A stretch of DNA of 64,000 nucleotides. Source: Yuukianura sp. NJ FZ-2021. Lineage: Eukaryota. Positions 14,272 through 27,196 of this stretch are shown piece after piece. The position numbers and the translations under genes were made by a program. Each line of letters begins with the position of its first letter. The stretch's first letter is position 1. The stretch lies in contig CM102286.1 in NCBI GenBank assembly GCA_046563655.1, positions 8,804,001 to 8,868,000 of the forward strand, given 5' to 3'. The notes under the pieces were generated by a model that saw nothing but the letters and a program-made list of their open reading frames with translations, was not told the origin of the DNA and did no database searches.

Positions 14272-16361
14272 ATCATTTTTTTCATTAAATAGTCTTCAAA
14301 AAGTCATTCTGGGCTATCTGAGGAGTCAAAATTGCAAACCGAAATTATGTTTGTGAAAGCCCATCTGAAGTGTACTAACCTCAATTTTCTTCGAAAAAAT
14401 CTATTTTTTTCATTAAAAACTCTCCAAAAAGTCATTCCCGGCTATCTGAGGAGTCGAAATTGCAAACCGTTATAAAACTTGCTAATGCCCAGCTGAAGTG
14501 TACAAATCTCAATTTTTCTCCGAAAAATGCATTTTTTTCATTTATAACTCACCAAAAAGTCATTCCGGGCAATCTGAGGAGTCAAAATTGCAAACCGAAA
14601 TTATGCTTGTGAAGGCACATCTGAAGTGTACCAATCTCAATTCTTCTCCGAAAAATCATTTTTTTCATTAAATACTCTTCAAAAAGTCATTCTGGGCTAT
14701 CTGAGATGTCAAAATTGCAAACCGAAATTATGCTTCTGAAAGCCCATATGAAGTGTTCCAAACTCAATTTTTCTCCGAAAAATCCATTTTTTTCATTTAA
14801 AACTCCCCAAAAAGTCATTCTGGGTTATCTGAGGAGTCAAAATTGCAAACCAAAATTATGCTTCTGAAAGCCCATCTGAAGTGTTCCAAACTCAATTTTT
14901 CACCAAAAAATCATTTTTTTTTTCATTAAATACTCATCAAAAAGTCATTCTGGGCTATCTGAGGAGTCAAAATTGCAAACCGAAATTATGCTTGTGAAGG
15001 CACATCTGAAGTGTACCAATCTCAATTTTTCACCAAAAACTCCATTTTTTTCATTTATAACTCACCAAAAAGTCATTCTAGGCTATCTGAGGAGTCAAAA
15101 TTGCAAACCGAAATTCTGCTTGTGAAGGCACATCTGAAAAGTTCCAAGCTCAATTTTTCACCAAAAACTCCATTTTTTTCATTTAAAACTCCCCAAAAAG
15201 TCATTCTGGGTTATCTGAGGAGTCAAAATTGCAACCCGAAATTATGCTTCTGAAAGCCCATCTGAAGTGTTCCAAACTCAATGTTTTTCCGAAAAATCCA
15301 TTTTTTTCATTAAATACTCTTCAAAAAGTCATTCTGGGCTATCTGAGATGTCAAAATTGCAAACCGAAATTATGCTTCTGAAAGCCCATATGAAGTGTTC
15401 CAAACTCAATTTTTCTCCGAAAAATCCATTTTTTTCATTTAAAACTCCCCAAAAAGTCATTCTGGGTTATCTGAGGAGTCAAAATTGCAAACCAAAATTA
15501 TGCTTCTGAAAGCCCATCTGAAGTGTTCCAAACTCAATTTTTCTCCGAAAAATCCATTTTTTTCATTTAAAACTCCCCAAAAAGTCATTCTGGGTTATCT
15601 GAGGAGTCAAAATTGCAAACCAAAATTATGCTTGTGAAGGCACATCTGAAGTGTACCAATCTCAATTCTTCTCCGAAAAATCCTTTTTTTTTCATTTATA
15701 ACTCACCAAAAAGTCATTCTGGGCTATCTGAGGAGTCAAAATTGCAAACCGAAATTATGCTTGTGAAGGCACATCTGAAAAGTTCCAAGCTCAATTTTTC
15801 ACCAAAAACTCCATTTTTTTCATTTAAAACTCCCCAAAAAGTCATTCTGGGTTATCTGAGGAGTCAAAATTGCAAACCGAAATTATGCTTCTGAAAGCCC
15901 ATCTGAAGTGTTCCAAACTCAATGTTTTTCCGAAAAATCCATTTTTTTCATTAAATACTCTTCAAAAAGTCATTCTGGGCTATCTGAGATGTCAAAATTG
16001 CAAACCGAAATTATGCTTCTGAAAGCCCATATGAAGTGTTCCAAACTCAATTTTTCTCCGAAAAATCCATTTTTTTCATTTAAAACTCCCCAAAAAGTCA
16101 TTCTGGGTTATCTGAGGAGTCAAAATTGCAAACCAAAATTATGCTTCTGAAAGCCCATCTGAAGTGTTCCAAACTCAATTTTTCACCAAAAAATCATTTT
16201 TTTCATTAAATAGTCTTCAAAAAGTCATTCTGGGCTATCTGAGGAGTCAAAATTGCAAACCGAAATTATGTTTGTGAAAGCCCATCTGAAGTGTACTAAC
16301 CTCAATTTTCTTCGAAAAAATCTATTTTTTTCATTAGAAACTCTCCAAAAGTCATTCCCGG

Positions 16362-16862
16362 TGTTATGAAACAGTCAATTTCCATAATAACGAGAGTTCA
16401 CTAGAGTTCATTGCCAAATTGAATTGTCACTCTAAAAGTAGCTCATTGTTATACTTTTAACAAACACAACCTATGTACAACTTGTCTTTTGTTGTAGTAA
16501 TTAGAAGTTAGGCCTACAAATGATTTACATATATTCCAAGTAGGGTAACTTCTGACTCTTTCTACTCCAGTGGTTTCCGGTTGAGTTCCTATAAAAAGGG
16601 CTCAGTCCGGCCAGCAAGATTCATTCTGTTTTCTGCTCTTGACCTCTGGTCAATAGGACTTAGTGTCCTACTCCTACTCCTATGCCTTGTCACAAACTTT
16701 GTCCGTCAAAATAAAGTTCATTAACCTTTCCTATTGCAAAACATTGCAAAAGACATTAGTAGTGAAGATTTGTTTCATTTATTTTATCATTTCACTACAT
16801 TTGGTGGTACGAGCTGCTGAATCCTATGGCTTCCACAGGAAGCGAAAATGCGAAAAGCGAAA
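16362..16862 (+). mobile_element. Satellite-embedded LTR+PBS fragment (copy 5)
   Basis: Same junctions; same variants as copy 4. Confidence 0.8.
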
Positions 16863-19209
16863 ATCATTTTTTTCATTAAATAGTCTTCAAAAAGTCATTC
16901 TGGGCTATCTGAGGAGTCAAAATTGCAAACCGAAATTATGTTTGTGAAAGCCCATCTGAAGTGTACTAACCTCAATTTTCTTCGAAAAAATCTATTTTTT
17001 TCATTAAAAACTCTCCAAAAAGTCATTCCCGGCTATCTGAGGAGTCGAAATTGCAAACCGTTATAAAACTTGCTAATGCCCAGCTGAAGTGTACAAATCT
17101 CAATTTTTCTCCGAAAAATGCATTTTTTTCATTTATAACTCACCAAAAAGTCATTCCGGGCAATCTGAGGAGTCAAAATTGCAAACCGAAATTATGCTTG
17201 TGAAGGCACATCTGAAGTGTACCAATCTCAATTCTTCTCCGAAAAATCATTTTTTTCATTAAATACTCTTCAAAAAGTCATTCTGGGCTATCTGAGATGT
17301 CAAAATTGCAAACCGAAATTATGCTTCTGAAAGCCCATATGAAGTGTTCCAAACTCAATTTTTCTCCGAAAAATCCATTTTTTTCATTTAAAACTCCCCA
17401 AAAAGTCATTCTGGGTTATCTGAGGAGTCAAAATTGCAAACCAAAATTATGCTTCTGAAAGCCCATCTGAAGTGTTCCAAACTCAATTTTTCACCAAAAA
17501 ATCATTTTTTTTTCATTAAATAGTTTTCAAAAAGTGATTCTGGGCTATCTGAGGAGTCAAAATTGCAAACCGAAATTATGCTTGTGAAGGCACATCTGAA
17601 GTGTACCAATCTCAATTTTTCTCCGAAAAATCCTTTTTTTTCATTTATAACTCACCAAAAAGTCATTCTAGGCTATCTGAGGAGTCAAAATTGCAAACCG
17701 AAATTCTGCTTGTGAAGGCACATCTGAAAAGTTCCAAGCTCAATTTTTCACCAAAAACTCCATTTTTTTCATTTAAAACTCCCCAAAAAGTCATTCTGGG
17801 TTATCTGAGGAGTCAAAATTGCAACCCGAAATTATGCTTCTGAAAGCCCATCTGAAGTGTTCCAAACTCAATGTTTTTCCGAAAAATCCATTTTTTTTCA
17901 TTAAATACTCTTCAAAAAGTCATTCTGGGCTATCTGAGATGTCAAAATTGCAAACCGAAATTATGCTTCTGAAAGCCCATATGAAGTGTTCCAAACTCAA
18001 TTTTTCTCCGAAAAATCCATTTTTTTCATTTAAAACTCCCCAAAAAGTCATTCTGGGTTATCTGAGGAGTCAAAATTGCAAACCAAAATTATGCTTCTGA
18101 AAGCCCATCTGAAGTGTTCCAAACTCAATTTTTCTCCGAAAAATCCATTTTTTTCATTTAAAACTCCCCAAAAAGTCATTCTGGGTTATCTGAGGAGTCA
18201 AAATTGCAAACCAAAATTATGCTTCTGAAAGCCCATCTGAAGTGTTCCAAACTCAATTTTTCACCAAAAAATCATTTTTTTTTCATTAAATAGTTTTCAA
18301 AAAGTGATTCTGGGCTATCTGAGGAGTCAAAATTGCAAACCGAAATTATGCTTGTGAAGGCACATCTGAAGTGTACCAATCTCAATTTTTCTCCGAAAAA
18401 TCCTTTTTTTTTCATTTATAACTCACCAAAAAGTCATTCTAGGCTATCTGAGGAGTCAAAATTGCAAACCGAAATTCTGCTTGTGAAGGCACATCTGAAA
18501 AGTTCCAAGCTCAATTTTTCACCAAAAACTCCATTTTTTTCATTTAAAACTCCCCAAAAAGTCATTCTGGGTTATCTGAGGAGTCAAAATTGCAACCCGA
18601 AATTATGCTTCTGAAAGCCCATCTGAAGTGTTCCAAACTCAATGTTTTTCCGAAAAATCCATTTTTTTCATTAAATACTCTTCAAAAAGTCATTCTGGGC
18701 TATCTGAGATGTCAAAATTGCAAACCGAAATTATGCTTCTGAAAGCCCATATGAAGTGTTCCAAACTCAATTTTTCTCCGAAAAATCCATTTTTTTCATT
18801 TAAAACTCCCCAAAAAGTCATTCTGGGTTATCTGAGGAGTCAAAATTGCAAACCAAAATTATGCTTCTGAAAGCCCATCTGAAAAGTTCCAAGCTCAATT
18901 TTTCACCAAAAACTCCATTTTTTTCATTTAAAACTCCCCAAAAAGTCATTCTGGGCTATCTGAGGAGTCAAAATTGCAACCCGAAATTATGCTTCTGAAA
19001 GCCCATCTGAAGTGTTCCAAACTCAATTTTTCACCAAAAAATCATTTTTTTCATTAAATAGTCTTCAAAAAGTCATTCTGGGCTATCTGAGGAGTCAAAA
19101 TTGCAAACCGAAATTATGTTTGTGAAAGCCCATCTGAAGTGTACTAACCTCAATTTTCTTCGAAAAAATCTATTTTTTTCATTAGAAACTCTCCAAAAGT
19201 CATTCCCGG

Positions 19210-19711
19210 TGTTATGAAACGGTCAATTTCCATAATAACGAGAGTTCACTAGAGTTCATTGCCAAATTGAATTGTCACTCTAAAAGTAGCTCATTGTTAT
19301 ACTTTTAACAAACACAACCTATGTACAACTTGTCTTTTGTTGTAGTAATTAGAAGTTAGGCCTACAAATGATTTACATATATTCCAAGTAGGGTAACTTC
19401 TGACTCTATTCTACTCCAGTGGTTTCCGGTTGAGTCCCTATAAAAAGGGCTCAGTCCGGCCAGCAAGATTCATTCTGTTTTCTGCTCTTGACCTCTGGTC
19501 AATAGGACTTAGTGTCCTACTCCTACTCCTATGCCTTGTCACAAACTTTGTCCGTCAAAATAAAGTTCATTAACCTTTCCTATTGCAAAACATTGCAAAA
19601 GACATTAGTAGTGAAGATTTGTTTCATTTATTTTATCATTTCACTACATTTGGTGGTACGAGCTGCTGAATCCTATGGCTTCCACAGGAAGCGAAAATGC
19701 GAAAAGCGAAA
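19210..19711 (+). mobile_element. Satellite-embedded LTR+PBS fragment (copy 6)
   Basis: Same junctions as copy 1. Confidence 0.8.
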
Positions 19712-22700
19712 ATCATTTTTTTCATTAAATAGTCTTCAAAAAGTCATTCTGGGCTATCTGAGGAGTCAAAATTGCAAACCGAAATTATGTTTGTGAAAGC
19801 CCATCTGAAGTATACTAACCTCAATTTTCTTCGAAAAAATCTATTTTTTTCATTAAAAACTCTCCAAAAAGTCATTCCCGGCTATCTGAGGAGTCGAAAT
19901 TGCAAACCGTTATAAAACTTGTTAATGCCCAACTGAAGTGTACAAATCTCAATTTTTCTCCGAAAAATGCATTTTTTTCATTTATAACTCACCAAAAAGT
20001 CATTCCGGGCAATCTGAGGAGTCAAAATTGCAAACCGAAATTATGCTTGTGAAGGCACATCTGAAGTGTACCAATCTCAATTCTTCTCCGAAAAATCATT
20101 TTTTTTTCATTAAATACTCTTCAAAAAGTCATTCTGGGCTATCTGAGATGTCAAAATTGCAAACCGAAATTATGCTTCTGAAAGCCCATATGAAGTGTTC
20201 CAAACTCAATTTTTCTCCGAAAAATCCATTTTTTTCATTTAAAACTCCCCAAAAAGTCATTCTGGGTTATCTGAGGAGTCAAAATTGCAAACCAAAATTA
20301 TGCTTCTGAAAGCCCATCTGAAGTGTTCCAAACTCAATTTTTCTCCGAAAAATCCATTTTTTTCATTTAAAACTCTCCAAAAAGTCATTCCCGGCTATCT
20401 GAGGAGTCGAAATTGCAAACCGAAATTATCCTTGTGAAGGCACATCTGAAGTTTACCAATCCCAATTTTTCTCTGAAAAATCCTTTTTTTTTCATTTATA
20501 ACTCACCAAAAAGTCATTCTAGGCTATCTGAGGAGTCAAAATTGCAAACCGAAATTCTGCTTGTGAAGGCACATCTGAAGTGTTCCAAGCTCAATTTTCC
20601 ACCAAAAAATCATTTTTTTTCATTAAATACTCTAAAAAAAGTCATTCTGGGCTATCTGAGATGTCAAAATTGCAAACCGAAATTATGCTTGTGAAGGCAC
20701 ATCTGAAGTGTTCCAAGCTCAATTTTTCACCAAAAAATCTTTTTTTTTTTCATTAAATACTCTTCAAAAAGTCATTCTGTGCTATCTGAGATGTCAAAAT
20801 TGCAAACCGAAATTATGCTTCTGAAAGCCCATCTGAAGTGTACCAATCTCAATTTTTCTCCGAAAAATCCTTTTTTTTTCATTTATAACTCACCAAAAAG
20901 TCATTCTAGGCTATCTGAGGAGCCAAAATTGCAAACCGAAATTCTGCTTGTGAAAGCCCATATGAAGTGTTCCAAACTCAATTTTTCTCCGAAAAATCCA
21001 TTTTTTTCATTTAAAACTCCCCAAAAAGTCATTCTGGGCTATCTGAGGAGTCAAAATTGCAACCCGAAATTATGCTTCTGAAAGCCCATCTGAAGTGTTC
21101 CAAACTCAATTTTTCACCAAAAAATCATTTTTTTTTCATTAAATAGTCTTCAAAAAGTCATTCTGGGCTATCTGAGGAGTCAAAATTGCAAACCGAAATT
21201 ATGCTTCTGAAAGCCCATATGAAGTGTTCCAAACTCAATTTTTCTCCGAAAAATCCATTTTTTTTCATTTAAAACTCTCCAAAAAGTCATTCCCGGCTAT
21301 CTGAGGAGTCGAAATTGCAAACCGAAATTCTGCTTGTGAAGGCACATCTGAAGTGTTCCAAGCTCAATTTTCCACCAAAAAATCATTTTTTTTTCATTAA
21401 ATACTCTAAAAAAAAGTCATTCCGGGCAATCTGAGGAGTCAAAATTGCAAACCGAAATTATGCTTGTGAAGGCACATCTGAAGTGTACCAATCTCAATTC
21501 TTCTCCGAAAAATCATTTTTTTTTCATTAAATACTCTTCAAAAAGTCATTCTGGGCTATCTGAGATGTCAAAATTGCAAACCGAAATTATGCTTCTGAAA
21601 GCCCATATGAAGTGTTCCAAACTCAATTTTTCTCCGAAAAATCCATTTTTTTCATTTAAAACTCCCCAAAAAGTCATTCTGGGTTATCTGAGGAGTCAAA
21701 ATTGCAAACCAAAATTATGCTTCTGAAAGCCCATTTGAAGTGTTCCAAACTCAATTTTTCTCCGAAAAATCCATTTTTTTTCATTTAAAACTCTCCAAAA
21801 AGTCATTCCCGGCTATCTGAGGAGTCGAAATTGCAAACCGAAATTATCCTTGTGAAGGCACATCTGAAGTTTACCAATCCCAATTTTTCTCTGAAAAATC
21901 CTTTTTTTTTCATTTACAACTCACCAAAAAGTCATTCTAGGCTATCTGAGGAGTCAAAATTGCAAACCGAAATTCTGCTTGTGAAGGCACATCTGAAGTG
22001 TTCCAAGCTCAATTTTCCACCAAAAAATCATTTTTTTTCATTAAATACTCTAAAAAAAAGTCATTCTGGGCTATCTGAGATGTCAAAATTGCAAACCGAA
22101 ATTATGCTTGTGAAGGCACATCTGAAGTGTTCCAAGCTCAATTTTTCACCAAAAAATCATTTTTTTCATTAAATACTCTTCAAAAAGTCATTCTGTGCTA
22201 TCTGAGATGTCAAAATTGCAAACCGAAATTATGCTTCTGAAAGCCCATCTGAAGTGTACCAATCTCAATTTTTCTCCGAAAAATCCTTTTTTTTTCATTT
22301 ATAACTCACCAAAAAGTCATTCTAGGCTATCTGAGGAGCCAAAATTGCAAACCGAAATTCTGCTTGTGAAAGCCCATATGAAGTGTTCCAAACTCAATTT
22401 TTCTCCGAAAAATCCATTTTTTTTCATTTAAAACTCCCCAAAAAGTCATTCTGGGCTATCTGAGGAGTCAAAATTGCAACCCGAAATTATGCTTCTGAAA
22501 GCCCATCTGAAGTGTTCCAAACTCAATTTTTCACCAAAAAATCATTTTTTTTTCATTAAATAGTCTTCAAAAAGTCATTCTGGGCTATCTGAGGAGTCAA
22601 AATTGCAACCCGAAATTATGCTTCTGAAAGCCCATCTGAAGTGTACCAATCTCAATTTTTCTCCGAAAAATCCTTTTTTTTTTTCATTTATAACTCACCA

Positions 22701-23902
22701 AAAAGTCATTCCCGGCTATCTGAGGAGTCGAAATTGCAAACCGTTATAAAACTTGTTAATGCCCAACTGAAGTGTACAGATCTCAATTTTTCTCCGAAAA
22801 ATTCATTTTTTTTCATTTATAACTCACCAAAAAGTCATTGCGGGCAATCTGAGGAGTCAAAATTGCAAACCGAAATTATGCTTGTGAAAGTCCATCTGAA
22901 GTGTACTAACCTCAATTTTCTTCGAAAAAAATCTATTTTTTTCATTAAAAACTCTCCAAAAAGTCATTCCCGGCTATCTGAGGAGTCGAAATTGCAAACC
23001 GAAATTATCCTTGTGAAGGCACATCTGAAGTTTACCAATCCCAATTTTTCTCTGAAAAATCCTTTTTTTTTCATTTATAACTCACCAAAAAGTCATTCTG
23101 GGCTATCTGAGATGTCAAAATTGCAAACCGAAATTATACTTGTGAAGTGTTCCAAGCTCAATTTTTCACCAAAAAATCTTTTTTTTTTCATTAAATACTC
23201 TTCAAAAAGTCATTCTGTGCTATCTGAGATGTCAAAATTGCAAACCGAAATTATGCTTCTGAAAGCCCATCTGAAGTGTACCAATCTCAATTTTTCTAAA
23301 AAAAAATCCATTTTTTCCTTAAAAACTCCCCAAAAAGTCATGCTGGGCTATCTGAGGAGTCAAAATTGCAACCCGAAATTATGCTTCTGAAAGCCCATCT
23401 GAAGTGTTCCAAACTCAATTTTTCTCAAAAAAAATCCATTTTCTTCATTAAAAACTCCCCAAAAAGTCATTCTGGGCTATCTGAAGAGTCAAAATTGCAA
23501 TCCGATATTATGCTTCTGAAAGCCCATCTGAAGTGTACCAAACTCAATTTTTCTCCGAAAAATCCTTTTTTTTTTTCATTTATAACTCACCAAAAAGTCA
23601 TTCCCGGCTATCTGAGGAGTCGAAATTGCAAACCGTTATAAAACTTGTTAATGCCAGCTGAAGTGTACAGATCTCAATTTTTCTCCGAAAAATTCATTTT
23701 TTTTCATTTATAACTCACCAAAAAGTCATTGCGGGCAATCTGAGGAGTCAAAATTGCAAACCGAAATTATGCTTGTGAAAGTCCATCTGAAGTGTACTAA
23801 CCTCAATTTTCCACCAAAAAATCATTTTTTTCATTAAATACTCTCCAAAAAATCATTCCCGTCTATCTGAGGAGTCGAAATTGCAAACCGTTATAAAACT
23901 TG

Positions 23903-24499
23903 TGTGGGGGTTATTCCCCACAAACCACTATAGCCACTTTGGTTCCCTTTCCCCTCTTCTCCCCCTTCGTCCTTCCAGTGACAGCACAACAAGAACTCCA
24001 CGTCTTCACCACCAAAACCACTCAACAACCAATCAGATGCACGGGAAGTTGCATCATCTATTTGGACATGCATCCCGTCATCATCATCTTCACCTCTGTC
24101 CACTTCTGCCTCCACACAGTCCAGCTCCAACCGTCACTCTGCCCGGATCTTGTCCCGTCTCTTTCCACATCTCCTCCATCTTGGATTGGCCACTGGACCA
24201 CGCCGGACCTACTGTTGTGACACGGACGTGACCTCTACAAGCCCCACCGGACCAGTACTTGGTCAATCCTGCACAGGACCGAGCCCCACCAACCTCTACA
24301 TTTCATCATTTCTGCATTTGGCCTAAAACCGTAACCGTATCTTTAGTTATACTAAAATAAACCAATTATTCATTGCAGCTCTTGACCTCCGTCTCCGTCC
24401 CACTTTATTTCTTTCGAGTGGCCTTTGTGCCAGTCGTCGGGGCATTGCAACCCCTCAGGTGGGATGCTCAGACGGGAAACGAGCCACCGTGACCTCACA
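23903..24499 (+). mobile_element. Candidate LTR ending the satellite; possibly the 5' LTR of the downstream Ty3/Gypsy element
   Basis: Begins TGTGGGGGTT exactly where a satellite monomer breaks off and has AATAAA at about 24356. The 3' end is either ACCCCTCA (24457, followed by GGTGGGATGCTC) or GACCTCACA (24499). No partner LTR is in the window. Confidence 0.5.
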
Positions 24500-25201
24500 G
24501 CCAAAGCCGAATCGTGCCACTAGGAGCCCTGTGACCCAGTGACCTCTCCAAAAACTAATCAAATTTTTTTTTAATTAAGCAATTGTAAAATTGTTTTAAA
24601 AATTGTGCTCATTTTGCATCAATTTTTTCAGAACATTTCCTGGAGCGAGCCACCAACCTGCCAGTAGCCACGAGCCACGAGCCAACATCATCCAAAAAGC
24701 CCACGAGGAGCTGACAAAAGCCACAACCGCCACGTCACACCCACTCTCCATCTCCACGCTCCAAGTCCACGCTCCAACTCATCACTTCCTGCCTCCACGT
24801 CATCTCGTCTTTTCTTCACTTCTGCCTCCTCCGTGCAGTCACTGACCGATTGAGGAAGGTCAACAAAGGTCAGCCGCTTTCTTTTTGGTTTCCCCCCCCC
24901 CCTGCGCGAGCGTTTTTTTAACGAAAAGTAGTAGCCCAGCGTAATTTCAAATTCAAAATCCTAACGTCCCCCTGTTCAAAATTTTTCAAAGGAGGAGTTT
25001 GGAAATGAATAGGAATCTGGGCCCAAACGCATTTCCAGTAGTGTTAAAACGTGGGCCCAACATTTAGTGACGTTTCACACATAACGTAACACCCTGTCGC
25101 CAAGGCAATATTTTTAGCGTTAAAATGCTTAAATGAAAATTCACTTGGATATGGGATATTCACTCGACAATCTCCTTCCGACACGCAGCGATTTGGTCAA
25201 G

Positions 25202-27196
25202 TATGGCGGCCCCAGAGTGCCAATGCTGTTTTTCCTATTTTGTAATTCAAAAGGCATTTTCAATTGCATTTCCAATTGCATTTCATTTTAAAAAGCATTT
25301 TTAAATGCATTTTCAATTGCATTTCATTTTAAAAAGCATTTTCAATTGCATTTCATTTCAAAAAGCATTTTGAAACGCACGTAGCTTAGGATGATGTGTA
25401 TACGGAAAGCTAATAATTCTCAAAGTTACCGATTTCTCAAAAACGAAAGGTCAGAATTTGATAAAACTTCATGGGTACAATGATAAAAGTGATTAGACTG
25501 TCCCATTTAATTTACAACTTCGCCACAAGTCATTCGTAAAGCGCTTCGCTCACCAAATTGAAACGACAGCCGCCGACTGTCGTCGCCACTTTTTCGTCTG
25601 ACTTTGGGCCAGCACACTGCCCAAAAAGTGAGACGACAACTTTCGTCTCAGAAAGTGAGACGAAAAGTTTCGTCTCACTTTGACTCATGACACCCGCACA
25701 CCGGGAGTCAAGTCGCGCGACAACTTTCGTCAGACAAAAGTGAAAAGAATTTTTTCTTCTCACTTTTGTCGTCGCACCCAGCACACCGCCGAGAGAATCC
25801 CTTTCGGCGGCCAGAATCTTGTCGTTTCGGAAAGTTGAACTTCTTCAACTTCCGAGACGAAAGTTGTCGGCTCCACTTTTTCTGTGCATACCGTACACCA
25901 AACGAGAAGCAATAATTTGGAACCTTTTGCTTCTTTCAATCAAAGAAGCACATTATACCAATTATCATGATAGAAATTATGCTCATTCCTCTTCGTATGG
26001 AGAATACTAGAGATTCAAAGATACGAAAATGTTTATAATTAGTGTAAGTGTAAATAATAAATTAACCTATAACTTAATTAGAGCTATAAATGCTTCTGTA
26101 ACCCCTTTTGGACTAAAACTGCAGCACAATTCCAGTTTAGGTACAAAAGGTTTTCATTGATGACATCCATAAACTACATAGCTATAGTAGCATAGCTCTA
26201 TGCTCTTTTGCTAATCAGCATATGTAATCAAGTTTGTAAACAAACCTTATTTTTGAATTTCTGAAAATGGCGCCAATCTATGGAAGACAGGAATTGAGAC
26301 ATACAGCACACCAAGTGAAACGAAAGTTGGCCGCCGAACGTCGGCGCTACTTTTTCGTTTCACTTTGGCAGTGTGCTGTGTGGAGAGAAAAAGTGGAGAC
26401 GAAAAAAGTTCTGCTCCAAAAGTGGCACCGACGCGCCGTCGTTTGAGTCATGGCAGTGTGCTGTACTCAGATTCTGAAAAGACAAAGTGGAGCCGACAAA
26501 TCGTCGTCGCCACTTTTTCGGGCCGAAAGTTTGGTGAGCGTGAAGCTTGATCAATAACATGATCAATTTAATCGCAACATTGCAGGATATCACCGTAGAT
26601 TATATCAATATTTAAATGAATAATTTAAATCAAGAGGTAAATGAATAGATAATTAATGTACAAACTTGAAAGTCACAAAACATCCCATAACTTGAGACTT
26701 TGCATATGTGCCCATTTGTGAACTGGCACTAGTGATGTCTATAGGAACTCAAGACTTTACCACTTTCAGATTCAAAAAAGTCACATGGCATGAAGAAAGC
26801 GCACTTTTTGAATAAGGAGCCCAAATGGGCCAAATGCATTTTCATTTTCAAATTGAATTTGAAATAGGAGCCCAGAAGGGCCAAGTGCATTTTCATTTTG
26901 AAATTGAAATTGAAATGCAAATGAAAATGCTTTTTGAAATGAAATGCAATTGAAAATGCTTTTTGAAATGAAATGCAATTGAAAATGCTTTTTAAAATGA
27001 AATGCAATTGAAAATGCTTTTTGAAATGAAATGCAATTGAAAATGCTTTTTGAAATGAAATGCAATTGAAAATGCTTTTTAAAATGAAATGCAATTGAAA
27101 ATGCTTTTTAAAATGAAATGCAATTGAAAATGCATTTGAAAATGCTTTCTGAATTGCAAAATAGGAAACACAGCATTGGCACTCTGGGCCACCATA
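25202..27196. mobile_element. Candidate non-autonomous foldback/TIR DNA element
   Basis: Long imperfect terminal inverted repeats (TATGGYGGCCC(C)AGAGTGCCAATGCTGT...) run into a shared minisatellite. It is flanked by a GTCAAG direct repeat (25196-25201, 27197-27202). No transposase is visible. Confidence 0.6.
26923..27150. repeat. 29-bp minisatellite (GAAAATGCTTTTTRAAATGAAATGCAATT), about 7 copies
   Basis: Visible directly. Inverted, more degenerate copies lie at about 25255-25375. Confidence 0.9.

Larger units (their letters stand above)
1..23902. repeat. 128-bp tandem satellite array (roughly 160 monomers) with higher-order structure
   Basis: GTCATTCTGGGCTATCTGAGGAGTCAAAATTGCAAACCGAAATTATGC recurs with a period of about 128 bp (e.g. 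13, 141). The array begins before the window and stops abruptly at about 23902. Confidence 0.98.

Noticed and set aside
483..23641. Dozens of similar 60-250 aa ORFs
   Set aside because: They are translations of the 128-bp satellite and its LTR insert. The period is not a multiple of 3, frames shift with poly-T length, and most starts are non-ATG.
1..23902. CRISPR-like array
   Set aside because: There are no unique spacers; whole monomers repeat. No cas genes are present and the context is eukaryotic.
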